Shown: piece after piece, positions 60,301 to 63,787 of the stretch | Layout of the letters: each line of letters begins with the position of its first letter | Numbering within the stretch: position 1 is the stretch's first letter | IMG/VR virus record: IMGVR_UViG_3300025151_000033 | Span: 1 to 63,787 of that record | Reading direction: 5' to 3' (one strand) | From: a virus | Lineage: Duplodnaviria > Caudoviricetes | DNA: 63,787 bases | The notes under the pieces: generated by a model | Seen by the model: the letters and a program-made list of their open reading frames with translations, nothing else | What the model was told of the DNA's origin: nothing | The model's database searches: none | Program-made: the position numbers and the translations under genes

Positions 60301-61797
60301 TTCTGATTTTGTTTTGAAAACTGTGTGATAATGGCTACTTCCAAGATAAATTACATTATTACCACTTAGCGTATTGTCCCAAGTTGTTGATACACTATGA
60401 ACAGTTAATGTTCCACCTGCACTATCTTCTGTTTTTTCTTGAATATTACCTACATATCTGTATTGGTATGTATCGGGATTAGGGTGATTGTCAATAGTTT
60501 CTCTCACAAATATACTTTGCCCTATAATTGGAGTATATGTCCATGTTCCATCAGTATTAATTACTGCACTATTCAAAGAAGCAGTTGAATTTGATGATTG
60601 AAAAGTTTTACCTGAAGCGGTATATTCTTTCCACCAACGACTTGAAGTTAATAAATATTTTGTATTGAAATCTAATTGATTTTCTTTTTTTAATCTTTCA
60701 TTATAAAAGTAAAATGTCGGGCGGCTTACTGTATTAAATACATCATACTTATCTGTAATAAAATTATCAATATTAGTATCACTATTTACAGAATTACCTC
60801 TCAAACCATAAGAAAGAGCAACTACTGAAGTATCGTCTTTTCTTGGACCTTTCCAAATTTCAAACTTTGTATCCTTTGAAATATCTGAACTATATCTTGG
60901 AGTAAATTCAAATGAATCTCCTTGAGTATCAAATGAAGTAATTTCTTTAATTTTAGCAAAGTGAGTTTGAATAGAAGTATGATTGTTTTCTGTATCAATA
61001 ACAATATCTGGATTAATGACAACGAAATAATCATAAGTATCAAAGTCAAGTGGTTTAAATATTTGTCCTGTATTTTCTCCAGAATCATAACATTTAATTC
61101 TATAATTAGAAGTATGTTCTTTGTTTAATAAATAACTTGTTTTATCTGTGTTTCTCGGATATACTCTATTAAGTAAATGAGAATCATTTCCCTTAACTAA
61201 AGTTTCATCATATTGAGTTTCATCTATTTCAGGTAAGTTAATTAAACTATTGTTTTCTAATGTCCAAGTAAAACTTTCAGTAGGATTAGTTGATGACCAA
61301 GAACTATTTGTTAATGTAATAGTATCTCCTTCTTTATATCCATCTCCACCGTTTACTACTATAACAAACATAACTAAACCAATACCAAAAACTCCTAATT
61401 CTAATCCTGTTCCATTACCATTTGTTGTAATATTATTAAATGCACTATGGTCGCCATTTACGGGATTAATTATAGTAGGACTATCAAACACATAACCGTA
61501 TTTAATTGGTCTGGAAGCACTTACTCCACAAACAGTATAGTCAGGGTCTTTTCTAATTTCAAAACAATTAACTGAAGTAGTTTCTCCTAATGATTGGTTT
61601 TCATTATGAATACCTGTAATCTTAATTGAAGGTTTTACTGAAGTATTTGAAAAGGCTAAATTATTTTGGAAAGCAAGATTGTGTTGTAAATATCTATTGG
61701 GTAGTGAATCTGTGCTTGACGAAGCATTAGGGTCATAAATATTTATTCCCCCATTTTGTCCTGAATTAAGGACATAAACTACCTTTTCATCACTCAT
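54388..61797 (-). CDS. giant tail-tip/hub-like structural protein
   Basis: 2469 aa, beta-rich; C-terminal NKVIVYGD...NAGDVITLNFP...IFEI hub-like motif. Confidence 0.65.
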   Translation of the reverse strand: MSDEKVVYVLNSGQNGGINIYDPNASSSTDSLPNRYLQHNLAFQNNLAFSNTSVKPSIKITGIHNENQSLGETTSVNCFEIRKDPDYTVCGVSASRPIKYGYVFDSPTIINPVNGDHSAFNNITTNGNGTGLELGVFGIGLVMFVIVVNGGDGYKEGDTITLTNSSWSSTNPTESFTWTLENNSLINLPEIDETQYDETLVKGNDSHLLNRVYPRNTDKTSYLLNKEHTSNYRIKCYDSGENTGQIFKPLDFDTYDYFVVINPDIVIDTENNHTSIQTHFAKIKEITSFDTQGDSFEFTPRYSSDISKDTKFEIWKGPRKDDTSVVALSYGLRGNSVNSDTNIDNFITDKYDVFNTVSRPTFYFYNERLKKENQLDFNTKYLLTSSRWWKEYTASGKTFQSSNSTASLNSAVINTDGTWTYTPIIGQSIFVRETIDNHPNPDTYQYRYVGNIQEKTEDSAGGTLTVHSVSTTWDNTLSGNNVIYLGSSHYHTVFKTKSEHDNLVLDSSKLSLHGSLIDNHKINDETSSPIETLNPNLGGFNGSYIYNFDSRYWRSAFRNKQRSIVDRNAYQHQVHLYKNILGSSFFNASEPLHTGLIFNTEFLTALHGFFTGDNTYAYYKKSPEKVNKLSNTSSMELKESNNELTSLLTLEVIDAEGIQHTKIKDNGKLRLRQELQKRDGSFIDLGVLVNSVANNSTVLNISNISNDLSIILQSGDTILVGDYYYIIDTISPLTSNSTQDITISAYRHQDSMKFTLGTSVQVKHENQSLKSYPYVGNKILGITAIDNTFDYTLNLPTINGQYVLKEDTSIAKSNLLLRDNNYSGLRIDLEYGDKTYNYVVPKNITPNLYYYNPVNILDYYGRTITLEKTIFNGVVEDKNYETDNGIRRLRINGRNNFNRLQGIELNKKLTFSEDFVHSSISPYVKTTYIPSNSFDSQELTFTVASYVNNASAGSNYTMVIDFTIGKNSFDNNLIVLDSNKNFLGLANHVSVDYNANQQTLRFNQRPIADPPLGTVYVVPLDNCYLLSGKSIETDIQNSKRPTHLESVSNKGIVFDSGEKLNSAGIRFTDLMGTSANNNVKAKGYHINSPRGIIDGEDSEFAMLIGNERFTTADLETIQISNATQKLPIVNMQNTDDNKTTITLAAVSPLVMGRIETNTSDTIYPNASGLYLINSQGMFDGGIIHRLNSKTGQVPYTNLDSNNRSEIYRYIGLEKGDSGVLNRKQIETFDGQNINFHEESIDTYSDKSNSGVSAYARVYLSGAGFATYTPIYEKNNDAMTGKYLDDGFANGNTYFYPKTIPHLESTRTYNGEIGNADGSIEMDSPIKQLKERWELNDPSCYSYDLFSTGSLQPHSYNNVFNLLKRGRDLSKYSLILTNDGVRDKSLTKTSHGLYDGLSERKRKLDKDYESLKIVDTTHSNSIDRFSLIRLVEDTYDWHFNPFNPLNTVKFGENLIQSPGTGTRFNYGYICWSNKASSYVSGLSINSGQTLSNSCDTIHTGHGLEEGDIIYKTDGTYVGIIQSGTFHNGATFGTNPPASNNHLRLKSAAKVNVYSSESIRIIQSIDNNADRIHVFEIYGSNRNKGIANDSISRNYKYNFTRSLNINSKVNKDYYEENCVNDNKTLIGPLIHNSTTTPVNRLENWHNVTSTTATDFYYQPSKILHHLSYRDESAVLGFPSHGNQNVFRRTTAVYMNIKPPFSESERHIPYSVSGMSNTVKDDGSFHGNFWGTGDGDHKSSARISLIQGFGEALNTRYSEILDNFSASLASNYGSVDLWAISQGWYYITGQTGVQRLGDTGTSVSGDLIFKPQINVVDDGITCSDNSNTIVIDTTDDNSLQWINYTPNLEGKFLVSNKGVHEYDYNLSRTLPSNTNPLHSDILTDGIIPNYIGKIISHIHSNGTHTLTLDKQWGTLADDIGVKFRLMRIEPKTIPKDTKYCPLYVMNNRNVLRYTGEDEVLTTFAPRNLGLIDSALARDCEGIFELYVIASSEQTIAYQEEGYLIMRDLNSLSHLNNIFLNGQNTSLYITDGVNSEVNEMALIKTSFPRISFKNDVKNDYYGAVSIGEMITITTELSPKMKQATHGCITAEMTICSEVERTIEELLEENGISFETGNLSKEKTNFLVESYFYSSNPYSSYIILNNSDSEVESILKNGDTLFYNNIRLGRIHSIQSYATTKCKINIYHMINKPSINSVISKRTNYPYFVSGNIAGDDLLAGINYLATYKDIESSVVGDVINFSPKEEMPTSKANISYKNEDVFIEASESTKSLFKFANKVIVYGDNIKVVAEMKVEGKRTKTLNYYNDNIKTKTDAKVKAEELLDLHSKGRQKIKIKLHKTGIEHLNAGDVITLNFPQQEIPKDDYMIFEIKNTFADAMELSVVAYEKSIAERFAELAITEKKNATKLFSNQNIASETLHRSYADFKINPISLRIRHTIVQGNNGLGFNQIFSFTNLFGNQTIEGTDTTIDLSE

Positions 61798-62944
61798 CTA
61801 ATCCCTCAAATTTGTAATACAGTAATGTGTTTGAATACGATGGTAATATTGTATCTAATGAAGTAAACTTATCTTTATATGTTTTAACAAATGCTAACTC
61901 ATGTAATTCTCCAATAAATTGTGTAGTTCTTCCTACTGTTGGATTTTGACCAATATAAATATTACTTGCTTCAAAAGCGAATTTAAAGTTATTATTTGTT
62001 GCAGCAGAATGCAGCGTTTCAGCAATTTTAATCCCATTTACAAATAAACTCATTGTTCCATTACGATGAAAACTTGCTGAAACATGGTAAGAGTTTAAAC
62101 TATATAAATTAATTTGTGGAGGTTTAATGTAAGCATAAGTTTCACTTGATAATGGACTTACATCTTGAATAGTTATTTCAGAATTTCCAGATGATTCAGT
62201 TATGTTTGTGATTGTTCCACACGAAACATTTTGACTATTAAATAATTCAGTTCCTATTTTAAGAGGATTTCTCATATCATATCCAACAACCATAAAAGTA
62301 TTCGCACTTGTATTTACGCTACTTATTGCAGTTTTAGTTCCATCATATTTTACAGGTTCTAATATTTTAACATTGTTTAAGTATATGTCATCAACTGTTC
62401 CTTGAACATATTGACTTGATTCAGTAAAAATTGCTTTAGTGCTTTCTAAGGTTTCAGTTATCATATTATTTCCATCTGAAGCAATTAGTTTCATACCTAA
62501 CTTATATGAAGAAGGTTCTCTATTATTTGCAGAATCGTTCTTTAAGTAAAATTCAAGGTTAGTGTTAGCAAATAGCATTAATTTCTTCCCTACACGGTCA
62601 GAAGTTGATGTATGTTGCTCGCTTTGGCTATATCTTCCGTAATCCCACGATGCAGGGTCATTCCACTTTTCACCCACAGTAGGAGGGCTATATGGCGACA
62701 TAACGCCATTCACGGAGGCATTGTAGCCATCATGCGTTCCAAACCCGTTAATGTCATACGGGGTGATAATAGCCTCAATTGTGAATCCTTTTGTGTGCGA
62801 CCACATACCGAGCCTATTCTCTAAAGATGTGTTAGGAGGGTTATAATCATCGTATGTTAGTTGAATATAGGCATCACTAAGAATAGGAAAGGTTAATGCC
62901 TTTTTTTCTCCAACATACGCACTTGGCATATTATTCACCAACAA
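61790..62944 (-). CDS. LamG/concanavalin-like domain virion protein
   Basis: FTIEAII...YHVSASF...LFVNG...IYIG...FIGELHEL. Confidence 0.7.
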   Translation of the reverse strand: MLVNNMPSAYVGEKKALTFPILSDAYIQLTYDDYNPPNTSLENRLGMWSHTKGFTIEAIITPYDINGFGTHDGYNASVNGVMSPYSPPTVGEKWNDPASWDYGRYSQSEQHTSTSDRVGKKLMLFANTNLEFYLKNDSANNREPSSYKLGMKLIASDGNNMITETLESTKAIFTESSQYVQGTVDDIYLNNVKILEPVKYDGTKTAISSVNTSANTFMVVGYDMRNPLKIGTELFNSQNVSCGTITNITESSGNSEITIQDVSPLSSETYAYIKPPQINLYSLNSYHVSASFHRNGTMSLFVNGIKIAETLHSAATNNNFKFAFEASNIYIGQNPTVGRTTQFIGELHELAFVKTYKDKFTSLDTILPSYSNTLLYYKFEGLDE

Positions 62945-63653
62945 CTAACGCTTCTGTAAATTCAAGTGTAAATCCGACTTCGGGGAATGATTCTCCTGCC
63001 ATTTCAGTTCCAAAAGAAGAAATAAAGCCTCTAACTCCTTTTTGTTCCTTATCATTACTAATTGGTTCAGGAAAGTTCTTACTCATTCCAATAGTCAAAG
63101 TATCTTCCATATCTTTATCTCTATTGTGAAAAGTGAAAGGAATCAAAGGTAATTGGTCAATTGGTAAATTTTCTGAATCGCCTCCTGTTGCTGTATAATA
63201 CTTAAAAGAAGAATCAATCCTTGAAGGAATAAGTATAATTAATTCGTTTAATGATTGGTCTGATTGAACGCCCGATGAATCAACATAAGAGTGAATTAAT
63301 TGTGCTAATTCAAAAGAGGTCATTCTATATGCGTTTCCTTGACCCGTATCCCAACTTTTCCAAATATATTGTTCATGGATTATTCCTGTTAATGATATAG
63401 ATTTACTTGCCATACCTAAATCTAAGGCTAATGTTGTTGATTCACCTGTAATAGTTCCAGAAAAAGGAATTGGAAATGAAGGAACAGTTTTAGCGGTGCT
63501 TATACTGATACTATTACATAACAAACCTATTCTGTTTGTTTTGAAATTGTTTGGAGTTGAACCTCTTGAAGCCAATTGAAGATAGACATTGAATGGCAAA
63601 TCTGATGAATTGTCATTAAAGTTTAAATCATTACTGTTATAATTAATAGTCAT
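62931..63653 (-). CDS. putative distal tail protein
   Basis: 240 aa, follows the tape-measure-like C-terminus. Confidence 0.45.
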   Translation of the reverse strand: MTINYNSNDLNFNDNSSDLPFNVYLQLASRGSTPNNFKTNRIGLLCNSISISTAKTVPSFPIPFSGTITGESTTLALDLGMASKSISLTGIIHEQYIWKSWDTGQGNAYRMTSFELAQLIHSYVDSSGVQSDQSLNELIILIPSRIDSSFKYYTATGGDSENLPIDQLPLIPFTFHNRDKDMEDTLTIGMSKNFPEPISNDKEQKGVRGFISSFGTEMAGESFPEVGFTLEFTEALVVGE

Positions 63654-63657
63654 TGTA

Positions 63658-63787
63658 TCACATCACATTACTTCTTCTGTTAATTTCCACATTAATTAGT
63701 TTTGCTACTTTGTTAGCAATATCTCTAATTTCTTTATCAGAAGCACCTACTCTTCCATTTACATGAACATGAATTGTATTTCCTCCA
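63658..63787 (-). CDS. C-terminus of putative tape measure protein (partial)
   Basis: GGNTIHVHVNGRVGASDKEIRDIANKVAKLINVEINRRSNVM-stop. Confidence 0.45.
   Translation of the reverse strand, partial: GGNTIHVHVNGRVGASDKEIRDIANKVAKLINVEINRRSNVM

Noticed and set aside
62590-62830. Short GC-rich patches inside AT-rich genes (also ~30440-30600 and ~49140-49180)
   Set aside because: I could not define a shared motif or structure by eye; they may be local codon variation

Overview
A ~64 kb, AT-rich segment of a tailed dsDNA virus of archaea. The gene set resembles magroviruses of marine Poseidoniales (MG-II); the host is inferred from gene content only. There are four blocks. (1) 1-8.9 kb: minus-strand, probably late or head-associated genes, many starting with a shared W-x-x-[IV]-[LI]-K motif. 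(2) 9.0-16.7 kb: small genes and candidate ncRNAs arranged as cassettes, each bounded by a ~30-bp palindrome (CAAAGT-N-ACCATATGGT-N-ACTTTG) lying 35-39 nt from an ATG, followed by a GATAC-repeat candidate origin. (3) 16.7-50.6 kb: a plus-strand block with 2 tRNAs, a DenV-like glycosylase, class II RNR, TFB, a ubiquitin-like protein plus E1/ThiF and JAB protease, GroES/GroEL, two histone-fold proteins, DNA ligase, RFC, SSB, clamp, split PolB, Cas4-like nuclease, primase, XPF-like nuclease, MCM-like helicase and an exonuclease. (4) 50.8-63.8 kb: minus-strand tail genes. The best candidates for new systems are the palindrome-delimited cassette array and the viral Ubl/E1/JAB set. All family calls come from motif recognition by eye; no searches were run.
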